DNA of 64,000 bases, from assembly GCA_016186825.1 (NCBI GenBank), contig JACPKW010000004.1, forward strand, positions 428 to 64,427, written 5' to 3'. Under the pieces are notes generated by a model. It was not told where the DNA came from and searched no databases. It saw nothing but the letters and a program-made list of their open reading frames with translations. Source of the stretch: Candidatus Giovannonibacteria bacterium. Its GTDB lineage: Bacteria; Patescibacteriota; Minisyncoccia; JACPKW01; UBA11713. The position numbers and the translations under genes were made by a program. Of the stretch, positions 1-10,169 are shown in pieces (positions within the stretch are counted from its first letter, which is position 1; each line of letters begins with the position of its first letter).

Positions 1-2
1 AC

Positions 3-242
3 GAAAGGGGAGATGATGAAATAAAAGACCTTGAACAAATTTTTTATGCCAAAGCGCTTTTTGTGATGGGATATCTAAACGAGCAGAGCATTTTAGAACT
101 TGGGCCGGACGAGGAGAAAGAAAAATTATCAAAAATTTTTCATGATTCGGGTTTTAAAGAAATTTTGCTGCCGCTTTCAGGCGGACTTTCTTCTTACCTC
201 GCGGACGTAATTAAAACGGGAATAGCTGCAAGCCACCTTTAG
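3..242 (+). CDS. 3' end of an upstream gene of unknown function (partial at the window start)
   Basis: Open frame 3 from the window edge to TAG at 240-242 (...GGLSSYLADVIKTGIAASHL*). No recognisable motif. Confidence 0.35.
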   Translation, partial: ERGDDEIKDLEQIFYAKALFVMGYLNEQSILELGPDEEKEKLSKIFHDSGFKEILLPLSGGLSSYLADVIKTGIAASHL

Positions 243-275
243 AGTTATCATTTTTTTTAAGATATAATTAAAAAA

Positions 276-2153
276 ATGGCGGATGATCCACTCGACGAAT
301 TAAGAAAGCGGCTCTACAAACAAGGAGAGTCGTTTGAAAGGAGGTTCAAGCGTCCCGGGCTTTCGCCTGACGTTCAAAAAGCTCCTTTGTCTTGGAAAGA
401 ACCGCCAGCGCTGCAACAAAACAACATGCCGGCAAAAAAGAAAAATTCGCGGAGTTATTGGTGGGGGTTAGCAATCGCTCTGGTAATTCTAATTTCCGGC
501 GTGACTTATTATTTCATAAGTTACGGAACTTTTTCCCCAAATAAAATAGATTTTAGAATCAATGCTCCCGAAAACATTGATGGCGGCGAAAAGATGACAT
601 GGGAAGTTTCCGTTTCAAATAATAATTCAAAATCGCTTGAGTCGATGGAAATAATATTTGAGTATCCCGAAGGATCTAAAATATTAGATGCGGATGCGCG
701 CGGAACGAGAACCCGGCGCGCTATCGGGTTTCTTGGCCCGGGCGAAATGTTCAAAAGCACTTTTGAGGCTTTTATTTTCGGCGAAGAAGGATCTGAAAAA
801 ACTGCGCATGCGACTTTGGAATTTAGGCCGTCCGATTCAAGCGCGGTCCTTGCAAAAGAAACGGAGTTCAGCGTGAAAATATCGCGCTCACCCATCGGCA
901 TTTCTTTTGAAATGCCAGCCGAGGTGAAATCCGGACAGGATCTCGAGCTAAAAATTAATTACACCTCTAATGCAAAAGAAAGCCTTGACGAACTGGTTTT
1001 AGCGATGGAATATCCTCCGGGGTTCAGCTTTAAAAAATCTTTTCCCGAGTCACGTGATGGCGGAAATTCATGGCTTATCAGAAATTTGCGCCCTGGACAA
1101 AGCGGAACTATCGCTCTGGCAGGGCATATCACCGGCGAAGACCTTGAAGAAAAAAGTTTTAAGGCTTCCATCGGCCTGAAAGATCGATCAAATATCTATG
1201 GAGCTTACACGCAAACTCTCAAAGTTCGGCGCCCCTTTCTTAATATTGAAGTCAAAGTTAACGGACAAAAAAGCTTAGCGGTTGACGGCGGCGACGGAAT
1301 TGATGCGGAAATTTTTTATAAGAATAATCTGCCGGTGGCGGTTGAAAATGCGACTGTGGAATTGGTATTTATTGGAAACGGGTTAAACGAAAACCAAATT
1401 AATCCAGGAGGAGGGACATACCGTCCCAGTTCGAAAAGCGTTATTTGGAATGCTTCAACGCAGGGCGGTTTAAGACTTTTAAATCCCGGAGATTCAGGCA
1501 GTTTCCGCGCCCAGTTTTCATTTCTGGATCCGCCGCCGATTAAAAATTCAGCAGACAAAAATTTCAAACTGCTTTCTGAAGCAAAAATTACGCCAGGGAA
1601 AGTTCCCGCCGGGTATGACGGCACCGATACTAGCGGAACGGACAGCGCTGAAGTGCGTCTGACTTCTTCACTCCAGCTTGTTTCGAGAGGCTTTTACTAT
1701 TCAAATATCATTCCGAATAGCGGACCAATTCCACCGCGAGTCGGAAAAGAAACAACTTTCACAATTATCTGGTCCCTCATTAATTCCTCAAATGATCTTG
1801 AAAATGTCACCGTGCGCGCTCCACTTCCTTCATATATGGCTTGGAAGGGAGTTGTTTCTCCGGCTTCGCAGGATGTAACTTACGCTACGACAACCGGAGA
1901 GATTGTCTGGAGGGTCGGCAGTCTAAAAAGCGGCATCGGTTTTATAAGCCCTGCAAAGGAAGTTGCTTTTCAGATCGCTTTTACACCTTCAGAGAGCCAT
2001 GTTGGGAGTGCGCCAATAATTCTGGACGAATCGCAGGCGCAAGCGTTTGACACTTTCGTTAGAGAAAATCTTTCAGCTTCGGCGGATTCAATAAATCTAA
2101 GTTTGCCTGACGATAACCGACTTGGCGGAGCGGATAATAGAGTGTTACCGTAA
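276..2153 (+). CDS. Large membrane-anchored surface protein with about four repeated beta-sandwich-like domains (CARDB/DUF11-like)
   Basis: 625-aa ORF. The N-terminal TM segment is WWGLAIALVILISGVTYYFI. Four internally similar ~100-aa repeats follow, each with a hydrophilic S/N/T-rich pattern typical of CARDB-type domains. Confidence 0.55.
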   Translation: MADDPLDELRKRLYKQGESFERRFKRPGLSPDVQKAPLSWKEPPALQQNNMPAKKKNSRSYWWGLAIALVILISGVTYYFISYGTFSPNKIDFRINAPENIDGGEKMTWEVSVSNNNSKSLESMEIIFEYPEGSKILDADARGTRTRRAIGFLGPGEMFKSTFEAFIFGEEGSEKTAHATLEFRPSDSSAVLAKETEFSVKISRSPIGISFEMPAEVKSGQDLELKINYTSNAKESLDELVLAMEYPPGFSFKKSFPESRDGGNSWLIRNLRPGQSGTIALAGHITGEDLEEKSFKASIGLKDRSNIYGAYTQTLKVRRPFLNIEVKVNGQKSLAVDGGDGIDAEIFYKNNLPVAVENATVELVFIGNGLNENQINPGGGTYRPSSKSVIWNASTQGGLRLLNPGDSGSFRAQFSFLDPPPIKNSADKNFKLLSEAKITPGKVPAGYDGTDTSGTDSAEVRLTSSLQLVSRGFYYSNIIPNSGPIPPRVGKETTFTIIWSLINSSNDLENVTVRAPLPSYMAWKGVVSPASQDVTYATTTGEIVWRVGSLKSGIGFISPAKEVAFQIAFTPSESHVGSAPIILDESQAQAFDTFVRENLSASADSINLSLPDDNRLGGADNRVLP

Positions 2154-2158
2154 GAATT

Positions 2159-3481
2159 ATGCTTGATCTAAATACGATTGTTTCTTTAGCCAAACGGCGC
2201 GGCTTTGTTTTTCCGGGTGCGGAAATTTACGGTGGGCTCGCGGGCACTTGGGATTTTGGGCCGCTCGGCGCGGAGCTTGCGCACAATATAAAAGATTTGT
2301 GGTGGAAACATTTTGTGCGCGCCCACGAAGAAAATTACGGGCTCGCATCTAGCGTTTTAATGCCGGAGGCGGCATGGAAAGTATCCGGACATGTTGAGAG
2401 CTTTACCGATCCCTTAATTGAATGCAAAAAATGCAAGCGGCGTTTTCGCGCTGATGAACTTGGCAAACTTCATCCTCCAGCCAGCGGATGTCCAGAATGC
2501 GGCGGCGCTCTGGGGGAGGCGCGGCCGTTTCAAATGATGTTCAAAACAAATATAGGAGCTGTTGATTCGGAGGAAAATACAGTTTATCTCCGTCCGGAAA
2601 TTGCGCAGGGAATGTTTGTGAATTTTAAGAACGTGCTTGACTCAATGCATCCAACACTCCCGTTCGGAATTGCGCAGATCGGGAAAGCTTTTCGAAATGA
2701 AATCGCCCCGCGCGATTTTCTTTTCCGTGTCCGCGAGTTTGATCTCATGGAATTTGAATATTTTATTCGCGAGGAGGAATGGGAAGAGCAGTTTGATCGC
2801 TGGCGGAAAGAAATTTGGGCTTGGATAGAAAAACTTGGGATCGACAAAAATTTAGTGCATGAATTGGAAGTTCCGGAAGGGGAGCGCGCGCATTACTCCG
2901 AACGAACGATTGATTTTGAATTCGATTTTCCCTTCGGAAAAAAAGAATTATATGGGATTGCGTATCGTGGTGACTACGATTTAAAACGGCACATGGAATT
3001 TTCAGGCATTGATCTTCGCTATACCGATCCGGTTTCGGGAGAAAAATTTTTGCCGCATGTGATCGAGCCGACTTTCGGACTGGGCAGGACGATTCTCGCG
3101 CTTTTATGTTCGGCTTATCGCGAGGACGAAATGAATGGAGAAAAAAGAGCTTACTTGGCATTTAAACCGGCAGTCGCTCCAATCAAAGTTGCAGTTTTCC
3201 CGCTCGTTTCGAATAAAGAAAATATTATTTCCAAAGCCCGCAAAATTTATCTCGAACTAAAAACTAATAACTATCAACTATCAACTATTGCATGGGACGA
3301 CATCGGCAACATCGGCAAACGCTATCGCAGACAGGATGAAATTGGAACTCCCTGGTGCGTAACGGTTGATTACCAAACGCTAGAAGACGGAACTGCGACT
3401 GTTCGTGACAGAGACACAGGCAAACAGGAAAGAATCAAAAATACCGAGCTGGATAAATATTTCCTCGAAAAACTTTCCTAA
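2159..3481 (+). CDS. glyQS: Glycine--tRNA ligase, class II dimeric form
   Basis: 440 aa. IVSLAKRRGFVFPGAEIYGGL, class II motif FRNEIAPRDFLFRVREFDLMEFEYF, and a C-terminal anticodon-binding region. Confidence 0.9.
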   Translation: MLDLNTIVSLAKRRGFVFPGAEIYGGLAGTWDFGPLGAELAHNIKDLWWKHFVRAHEENYGLASSVLMPEAAWKVSGHVESFTDPLIECKKCKRRFRADELGKLHPPASGCPECGGALGEARPFQMMFKTNIGAVDSEENTVYLRPEIAQGMFVNFKNVLDSMHPTLPFGIAQIGKAFRNEIAPRDFLFRVREFDLMEFEYFIREEEWEEQFDRWRKEIWAWIEKLGIDKNLVHELEVPEGERAHYSERTIDFEFDFPFGKKELYGIAYRGDYDLKRHMEFSGIDLRYTDPVSGEKFLPHVIEPTFGLGRTILALLCSAYREDEMNGEKRAYLAFKPAVAPIKVAVFPLVSNKENIISKARKIYLELKTNNYQLSTIAWDDIGNIGKRYRRQDEIGTPWCVTVDYQTLEDGTATVRDRDTGKQERIKNTELDKYFLEKLS

Positions 3482-3580
3482 CAAAACATTTCGGGATTAA
3501 CGGCCAATTCTAAGAGCTTTTCTTTTTATAATTTTTGTGTTTCAATTTAATTGAAATTACTTTACAAGGAGGGTTTTAAA

Positions 3581-3871
3581 ATGAACAAAATGAACGAGCT
3601 TCAAGAGGCGCGAAGCATACTTCGAGAGTTAGGAGTTGTCGGGGAGGGGATTTTAAAAAAGCTTCATCGAACCAAAGAAGCCCTGGTGAAAATCGTAAGT
3701 TATACACGAGATCACGGGGAACTGGGTCTTTATTCCACCCGGGCTTTGGAGGATGTCAGTGAAGTTGAGAGGTTTATGCAAAAGTTGCCGAAGAAGCTGC
3801 TAAAGGCCGAAGTCCGGGTAGGAAATCGGCTTTGCATAGAAGCAAAACTTAAGGAACTTATCCTCCGTTAG
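3581..3871 (+). CDS. Small hypothetical protein
   Basis: ORF 3551..3871. The preferred start at 3581 (MNKMNEL) lies 7 nt after the strong RBS AAGGAGG. A Rho-independent terminator follows. Confidence 0.45.
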   Translation: MNKMNELQEARSILRELGVVGEGILKKLHRTKEALVKIVSYTRDHGELGLYSTRALEDVSEVERFMQKLPKKLLKAEVRVGNRLCIEAKLKELILR

Positions 3872-3885
3872 GGTTTTTCCAAAAG

Positions 3886-3922
3886 ATCGGCCCTTTGCAG
3901 AAATGTGGGGGCCGATTTTTTA
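3886..3922 (+). terminator. Rho-independent terminator
   Basis: Hairpin ATCGGCCC...GGGCCGAT followed by TTTTTT. Confidence 0.6.
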
Positions 3923-3969
3923 TGATAAAATTTATATATTGTTTCTGAAAAATAATTCAAGATTTTAAA

Positions 3970-5214
3970 ATGTTTGACTTCAAAAACACTTTCAGGGCGC
4001 TTCGCTCCCGCAATTTTCGTCTGTTCTTCATCGGACAGGGAGTTTCTTTAATTGGCACATGGATGCAAAGAGTTGCGATGAGCTGGCTTGTCTATCGCCT
4101 TACGGATTCTGCCTATCTTTTGGGCATTGTGGGATTTGCGAGCCACATTCCGATTTTCATTTTGGCTCCGTTCGCGGGAGTGTTGATAGACCGCTATGAT
4201 CGGAAAAAAATTCTGATGATTACGCAGACCGTGCAGATGCTCCAGGCTTTTTTGCTCGCTTATCTTTCATTGACGGGCCAGATTCAAGTTTGGCAGCTTA
4301 TTTCACTAAGTTTCGTTCTTGGTGTAGCGAGCGCTTTTGATATTCCTTCGCGGCAATCTTTTTATGTGCAAATGGTGCGCTCGAAAGACGATGTTTCGAA
4401 CGCGATTGCCCTTAATTCGACTTCATTCCACATCGCGCGCTTCGCCGGCCCTTCTCTCGCTGGACTCGCGATTGCATTTTTGGGCGAAGGGATTTGTTTT
4501 CTTTTGAACGGCTTTAGTTATGTGGTTGTAATCGCAGCTTTGCAAGCTATGAAAATAAAAGCATTGAATTTGGAAGACCGCACGAGAAAAATTTATGACG
4601 AATTCAAGGAAGGCGTCCAATATGTTGTTGAGAGCGCCGCGATAAAAAAAATCTTACTGCTCGTTGCCTCAATGAGCCTTTTCGGATCCGGATATATGAT
4701 TTTGCTTCCAATTTTTGCAAAAGATATTTTGGGCGGGGGGCCGCTTACGCTGGGGCTTTTGACTTCTTTTACCTCCGTGGGCGCGCTTGTGTCCTCTTTT
4801 TATATTGCTTCGTGGAAAAAAATTGACGGCGCTGAAAATTCCGCGATCTTTTTCGGGTTATTGTTTGGGGCGGCAATTATTTTATTTGCGTTTTCAAATC
4901 TCTTGGCTGTCTCGGTATTTTTGATTGCTTTTGCCGGTGCGGGAATGATGGGGCACAATGCCTCGATAAATTCTTTAATCCAGAACTTAACTACAGAAGA
5001 AAAGCGCGGGCGTGTCATGAGCTTATATACTTTTTCGCATCAAGGCATCATGCCCTTCGGCGAACTTCTCTTGGGATTACTTGCCGGTCTCTGGGGCGGA
5101 GGGAATGCTATCTTCTTGTCGGGAATTTTTTCAATGTTTTCGATCTTAATCTTTGGGCCTGCCTTGGTTTCGGCTCTAAAGACTCGCAAAGCGGGCATTT
5201 TGAAGGAAGCATAG
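3970..5214 (+). CDS. MFS family transporter
   Basis: 414 aa with about 12 predicted TM helices. The MFS-like DRYDRKK motif follows TM2. Confidence 0.75.
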   Translation: MFDFKNTFRALRSRNFRLFFIGQGVSLIGTWMQRVAMSWLVYRLTDSAYLLGIVGFASHIPIFILAPFAGVLIDRYDRKKILMITQTVQMLQAFLLAYLSLTGQIQVWQLISLSFVLGVASAFDIPSRQSFYVQMVRSKDDVSNAIALNSTSFHIARFAGPSLAGLAIAFLGEGICFLLNGFSYVVVIAALQAMKIKALNLEDRTRKIYDEFKEGVQYVVESAAIKKILLLVASMSLFGSGYMILLPIFAKDILGGGPLTLGLLTSFTSVGALVSSFYIASWKKIDGAENSAIFFGLLFGAAIILFAFSNLLAVSVFLIAFAGAGMMGHNASINSLIQNLTTEEKRGRVMSLYTFSHQGIMPFGELLLGLLAGLWGGGNAIFLSGIFSMFSILIFGPALVSALKTRKAGILKEA

Positions 5215-5344
5215 TCTTTTTAACCTGAAATTTTTGAACTCTTCCCAGAAAGCCCTGTTTTTTGGTATTCTTTTTTAAACGAAACTAAGGATGATGAGGC
5301 GACGCAGGGTTTATTATTTTATTGATTTAAGCTATTATTTTTAA

Positions 5345-6616
5345 ATGCATTTCGAAAAAAAGACTTTAAAAAACGGGCTCCGGGCAATTGTCGCGCCGAT
5401 GAAAGACACCGAGGCGGCTACGCTCTGGGTGCTTTTTGGAACCGGTTCCAAATATGAGACAAAAAATCTAAACGGCATCTCGCATTTTTTGGAGCACCTT
5501 TTTTTCAAGGGAACAAAATCGCGCCCGAAGCCCGGGCAGGTGAACCGCGAACTCGATCGCTTGGGCGCGCAATCAAACGCGTTCACCTCAAAAGAATATA
5601 CGGGCTACTATGTGAAAGCGGCCGCAAAGCATTTTGACACTGCGCTCGACATTGTTTCTGATATTTTGCTCGAGCCTTTATTTAAAAAGGAGGAAATCGA
5701 AAAAGAGCGCGGAGTTATTTTGCAGGAGATCTCAATGTATGAAGACGATCCGCGCAGACAGGCTTTTGAAATTTTTGAGGAGCTCGTTTATGGCGATCAG
5801 CCGGCGGGGTGGGATACGGCGGGCTATCCTCACACCGTAAAAAATATCCGCCGCGAGGATATTGTTAATTACAAAAACAGCCACTATTTAACTTCGAACG
5901 CAGTTGTTGTCGTTGCGGGGAATCTCGATCCGGCGCTTACGTTTTCAAAAATTGAGAATGCTTTTTCTAAAATGCCGTCCGGAAACAAGCTTGAAAAGTT
6001 GAAAGTTGTCGAAAAACAGAACGCACCGCAAGTACGCTTCAAAAAGAAAGATGTTGACCAGACGCATATTCGCCTCGGCGTCCGCGCTTATGACATGTTT
6101 GACGAGAGAAGGTATGCGATGATGGTTTTACAGACCATTCTCGGCGGCAACTGGTCGAGCCGACTTTTTATGGAACTGCGCGAAAAGCTGGGGCTGACTT
6201 ATTACGTGCGCGCTTTCTTGGAGGAATATACAGATTCTGGTTATTTAATGGCCGCCGCGGGAGTTCCGCACGGTGTTTTGCCCAAAGTTGCAAAAAAAAT
6301 AATAGCAATTTTTAAGGATGCAAAAAGCAAAGGTGTAACAGAAAAAGAAATTGGTTTTGCAAAAGAGTACTTGCGGGGATCCATGGCGCTTCAATTTGAA
6401 TCTACGGATGAAGTTGCTACTTTTCTAGCCGCTCAAGAGCTTTTCTACGAAAAAATTATGACGCCCTCGGAGATTCTAGCTAAAATTGAAGCGGTTAAAA
6501 AAGATGATATCATGAAAATATCAAAAGAGGTTTTCCGCTCCAATAAAACGAATCTGGCGGCGATCGGCCCCCACGAGGACACTGCCATTTATAAAAAAAT
6601 ATTGGCTGAGCTTTAG
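5345..6616 (+). CDS. M16 family zinc peptidase (insulinase-like)
   Basis: 423 aa. Inverted zinc motif HFLEHLFFKGT (HxxEH) and an M16 N-terminal domain signature. Confidence 0.85.
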   Translation: MHFEKKTLKNGLRAIVAPMKDTEAATLWVLFGTGSKYETKNLNGISHFLEHLFFKGTKSRPKPGQVNRELDRLGAQSNAFTSKEYTGYYVKAAAKHFDTALDIVSDILLEPLFKKEEIEKERGVILQEISMYEDDPRRQAFEIFEELVYGDQPAGWDTAGYPHTVKNIRREDIVNYKNSHYLTSNAVVVVAGNLDPALTFSKIENAFSKMPSGNKLEKLKVVEKQNAPQVRFKKKDVDQTHIRLGVRAYDMFDERRYAMMVLQTILGGNWSSRLFMELREKLGLTYYVRAFLEEYTDSGYLMAAAGVPHGVLPKVAKKIIAIFKDAKSKGVTEKEIGFAKEYLRGSMALQFESTDEVATFLAAQELFYEKIMTPSEILAKIEAVKKDDIMKISKEVFRSNKTNLAAIGPHEDTAIYKKILAEL

Positions 6617-6624
6617 AAACTTTA

Positions 6625-7653
6625 ATGGAAAAAAGAACTCTCGAAATATCAAACGGCACAATTATCCGGTTTTTTTTAATTCTGATTGCTTTTTGGGCTT
6701 TGTACCAGTTGAGCGAAGTTATCGCAATTATATTGATGTCGGTTGTTATTGCGTCTGCGATTGAACCTGCCGCTCGGTGGCTCAAAAATTATCGAATTCC
6801 AAGAGTCTGGGGCGTGCTTGTTATTTATTTGGTTTCGTTTGCTTTTCTCGGAGTCATGTTTTATCTGGTAGTGCCGCCGCTTTTGTCGGAATCGGTTGAT
6901 TTTTTGGTTAATCTTCCAAATTATTTAAAATCAGCGAATATCAACAGCACTATTCCTTTTTGGCCGAACTTGCCGCTCGACATTTCTGGCTTCCTCTCCA
7001 ATTATGTTTCCGATTTCGAAGCATCGCTCGGAAAAGCGACTGGGAGTTTTTTGCAGGCCGCATCAGGAATTTTTGGGGGCGCACTCTCCTTCGTTTTGAT
7101 TATCGTGATTTCTTTTTATCTTGCGGTTCAGGAGCGCGGCATCGAAAATTTTCTGCGCATCGTAACGCCGAAAGATTACGAACCATATATTTTGGATCTT
7201 TGGTCGAGGACGCGGAGAAAAATTGGCTGGTGGTTGCAGGGCCAGCTTCTCTTGAGCGTGCTAGTGGGAGTTTTGGTTTTTTTGGGTCTAAGCATCTTGG
7301 GTGTTAAATATGCGCTCTCGCTTGCAATTCTTTCTGCGCTTTTCGAAATTATTCCGATCTTTGGGCCGGTAATGGCGGCAATCCCCGCAGTCGCAATCGC
7401 TTTTGTGCAAAAACCAGTCTTGGCCCTTTCGGTTTTGATTTTATACGTGATCGTTCAGCAGTTTGAAAATCATTTGATCTATCCTTTGGTTGTCAGAAAA
7501 ACAATCGGGATTCCGCCGCTCCTTGTGATTATTGGACTCCTGATCGGGGGGACGCTCGGAGGCTTTTTTGGACTTCTTCTTTCAGTTCCGATCGCGACGG
7601 TTTTGGTTGAAATTATTACTGATATAGCGCGAAAAAAAGAAATCGAACTGTAA
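6625..7653 (+). CDS. AI-2E family transporter (PerM/UPF0118 permease)
   Basis: 342 aa polytopic membrane protein with the typical AI-2E topology and a conserved C-terminal region. Confidence 0.8.
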   Translation: MEKRTLEISNGTIIRFFLILIAFWALYQLSEVIAIILMSVVIASAIEPAARWLKNYRIPRVWGVLVIYLVSFAFLGVMFYLVVPPLLSESVDFLVNLPNYLKSANINSTIPFWPNLPLDISGFLSNYVSDFEASLGKATGSFLQAASGIFGGALSFVLIIVISFYLAVQERGIENFLRIVTPKDYEPYILDLWSRTRRKIGWWLQGQLLLSVLVGVLVFLGLSILGVKYALSLAILSALFEIIPIFGPVMAAIPAVAIAFVQKPVLALSVLILYVIVQQFENHLIYPLVVRKTIGIPPLLVIIGLLIGGTLGGFFGLLLSVPIATVLVEIITDIARKKEIEL

Positions 7654-7675
7654 GAACTTAAGAAAGTTAAGCAAA

Positions 7676-9247
7676 ATGAGTAAATTTTATATCACGACTC
7701 CAATTTTTTATGTAAACGCGCCGCCGCACTTGGGGCACGCTTACGCTGATATCATTGCCGATATAATCGCACGTTATCATCGCTTGAGGGGCGACGAAAC
7801 TTTTTTTTTGACGGGCACGGACGAGCACGGCGCAAAAGTTGCCCGCGCGGCGGAAAAAGCCGGAGTGGAAATTCCCAAATTTGTTGAAAGTGTCAGAGAA
7901 AATTTCCGTAAACTCGCGAGCGTGCTCAACATCTCAAACGATGATTTTATTTTTACCGCGGACGAAGAGAGGCATTTCCCGGGCGCAATCAAACTCTGGA
8001 AAAAACTTGAAGAAGCCGGTGATATCTATAAGGGAGTTTATGAAGGAATGTATTGCGTGGGACACGAAGCTTTTATCACGGAAAAAGATTTGGAAGACGG
8101 AAAATGCCCTGACCACAATGAAGCGCCGCAAATTATAAAAGAAGAAAATTATTTTTTTCGGCTTTCGAAATATACCGAGCCTTTAAAAAAAGCGGTTGAA
8201 TTCGGAGAGCTCGCCATTTTGCCAAAAAAACGTGCGCATGAACTCTCGAGTCTATTGGAGGAAGGGCTTCGTGATATAAGTTTTTCGCGCCCCTCGAAAG
8301 ATATTTCATGGGGAATTCCAGTTCCGGGCGACCAGACGCAAACAATGTATGTCTGGTGCGATGCTTTGGCTAATTATATTTCGGCGCTTGGCTATGGGCG
8401 CGAGGATGAATCAAAATTTCAGAAGTTCTGGCCGGCTGATGTCCACTTGGTCGGGAAAGACATTCTCCGTTTCCACACAGCATTCTGGCCAGCAATGCTT
8501 CTGTCCGCGGGCCTTCCTTTGCCGAAAACAATTCTTGTCCACGGCCTTGTTCGCGTGGGTGGGCGCAAAATGTCAAAAACACTCGGCAATGTTGTTGATC
8601 CATTTGAGATTGTAAAGAATTACGGCGCGGATGCCTTTCGGTACTATTTATCGCGCGAGGTTGGCTTGTTTGAAGACGGCGAGTTCACAGAAGAAAAGTT
8701 CGCGGCGGCTTACGAAGGGAATTTAGTTAAAGGAGTCGGTAATTATGTGCGCCGTGTCTCTACTATGATAGAAAGTTATTTTGCGGGGTCTCTCGGCGAG
8801 ATAGGCGAAGAGCGTGTCGCGGCAGTGCCGCTTCGCAAAGGCTCGCTTGATTTTTTAAATATTGAGAAAAAAAGCGACTCCGAAATCGAATTTTTTTCAA
8901 TCCCGTATTTTGTTAACGAAATTTTATGGAAAAAATACGTGGAAGCTTTCGCTTCTTATGAAGTAAACCGCGCCGCTGACATCGCATTCGGATTCTTGAA
9001 AGAGCTCGACAGTTATGTCGATGACTACAAGCCTTTTAAACTGATCGAAACCGATAAAGAAAAGGCTGAAGCGGTTTTATGGAGCCTTTCATATGGCGCA
9101 CTTGCGCTTGCCAAAATGCTTTATCCTTTTATGCCCGCTACATCGGAGGAAATTTTGAAAATTTACGGCGTTGAAAGTTTTGACCAGAATAGCTGGAAAA
9201 CATTTAAAGTTTCTAAACACGCGCAATTATTTCCGAAAAAGGAATGA
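7676..9247 (+). CDS. metG: Methionine--tRNA ligase (short form lacking the C-terminal tRNA-binding domain)
   Basis: HIGH-type motif PHLGHAYADIIADIIARYHRLRG, KMSKS motif KMSKTLGN, and a Zn-knuckle CVGHEAF...CPDH. Confidence 0.9.
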   Translation: MSKFYITTPIFYVNAPPHLGHAYADIIADIIARYHRLRGDETFFLTGTDEHGAKVARAAEKAGVEIPKFVESVRENFRKLASVLNISNDDFIFTADEERHFPGAIKLWKKLEEAGDIYKGVYEGMYCVGHEAFITEKDLEDGKCPDHNEAPQIIKEENYFFRLSKYTEPLKKAVEFGELAILPKKRAHELSSLLEEGLRDISFSRPSKDISWGIPVPGDQTQTMYVWCDALANYISALGYGREDESKFQKFWPADVHLVGKDILRFHTAFWPAMLLSAGLPLPKTILVHGLVRVGGRKMSKTLGNVVDPFEIVKNYGADAFRYYLSREVGLFEDGEFTEEKFAAAYEGNLVKGVGNYVRRVSTMIESYFAGSLGEIGEERVAAVPLRKGSLDFLNIEKKSDSEIEFFSIPYFVNEILWKKYVEAFASYEVNRAADIAFGFLKELDSYVDDYKPFKLIETDKEKAEAVLWSLSYGALALAKMLYPFMPATSEEILKIYGVESFDQNSWKTFKVSKHAQLFPKKE

Positions 9248-10083
9248 GATTTTTTGACGTTCACACGCATCTGCAATTTGCAGCCTATGACTCGGATCGC
9301 GCAGAGGTGATTTCAAGAACGCTTGAAAGCGGAGTTTTCGCAGTTAACATCGGAACGCAAATAGATACATCAAAAAGCGCTCTAACGCTTTCAAAAAAAT
9401 ATGATGGCATGTGGGCTGCGGTCGGACTGCACCCCATTCACACAGAAAAATCATTTCATGATGCCGATGAGCTTGGCGGAGGAGAAGTGGCGAAAGAATT
9501 TACAAGCCGCGGAGAAATTTTCGAATATGAAACGTATAAAAAACTCGCGAGCGACTCCAAAGCGGTGGCGATAGGCGAGTGCGGCCTCGATTATTATCGG
9601 CTCGAGGAAAAAACAAAAATTCTTCAGCGCGATATATTTGAAAAACAGATCGAACTCGCGCGAGAGTTAAAAAAGCCGCTGATGATCCACTGCCGTGAAG
9701 CTTTCTTGGATCTAATCTCGATATTAAAGTCAAAAAAAACCGATTTCAGCGCTCCTGGAGGTCCGGGCATCGTTCATTTCTTTTCCGGCAGTTTGGACGA
9801 TGCAAAAAAACTGCTGGATTTAGGATTTTCCTTCTCTTTCGGCGGAGTAGTAACTTTCGCCCGAAGTTATGATGAACAAATCAATTATATTCCGCTTGAA
9901 CGCATGCTTCTGGAGACGGACGCGCCTTATGTCGCCCCAGTTCCTTACCGCGGAAAGCGAAACGAGCCAAGCTTCATAATAGAAACGGCTACGAAATTGG
10001 CGGAACTGAAAAAAGTGAGCCTCGAAGAATTATCAGAAACAACTTTCACAAACGCCGCGAAAGTTTTTTCAATAAGTTTGTAA
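9244..10083 (+). CDS. tatD: TatD family metal-dependent hydrolase
   Basis: MRFFDVHTHL N-terminus and the conserved His/Glu/Asp TatD pattern. Overlaps the metG stop (ATGA). The metG-tatD adjacency is widely conserved. Confidence 0.85.
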   Translation: MRFFDVHTHLQFAAYDSDRAEVISRTLESGVFAVNIGTQIDTSKSALTLSKKYDGMWAAVGLHPIHTEKSFHDADELGGGEVAKEFTSRGEIFEYETYKKLASDSKAVAIGECGLDYYRLEEKTKILQRDIFEKQIELARELKKPLMIHCREAFLDLISILKSKKTDFSAPGGPGIVHFFSGSLDDAKKLLDLGFSFSFGGVVTFARSYDEQINYIPLERMLLETDAPYVAPVPYRGKRNEPSFIIETATKLAELKKVSLEELSETTFTNAAKVFSISL

Positions 10084-10169
10084 GAAATTACTGCTTTTTG
10101 CAGTCATAAGTAGGTAATCAAAAAACCTTTCTTTAACAACAGCACTTCTAATTGATAGGGGGTGAAATT

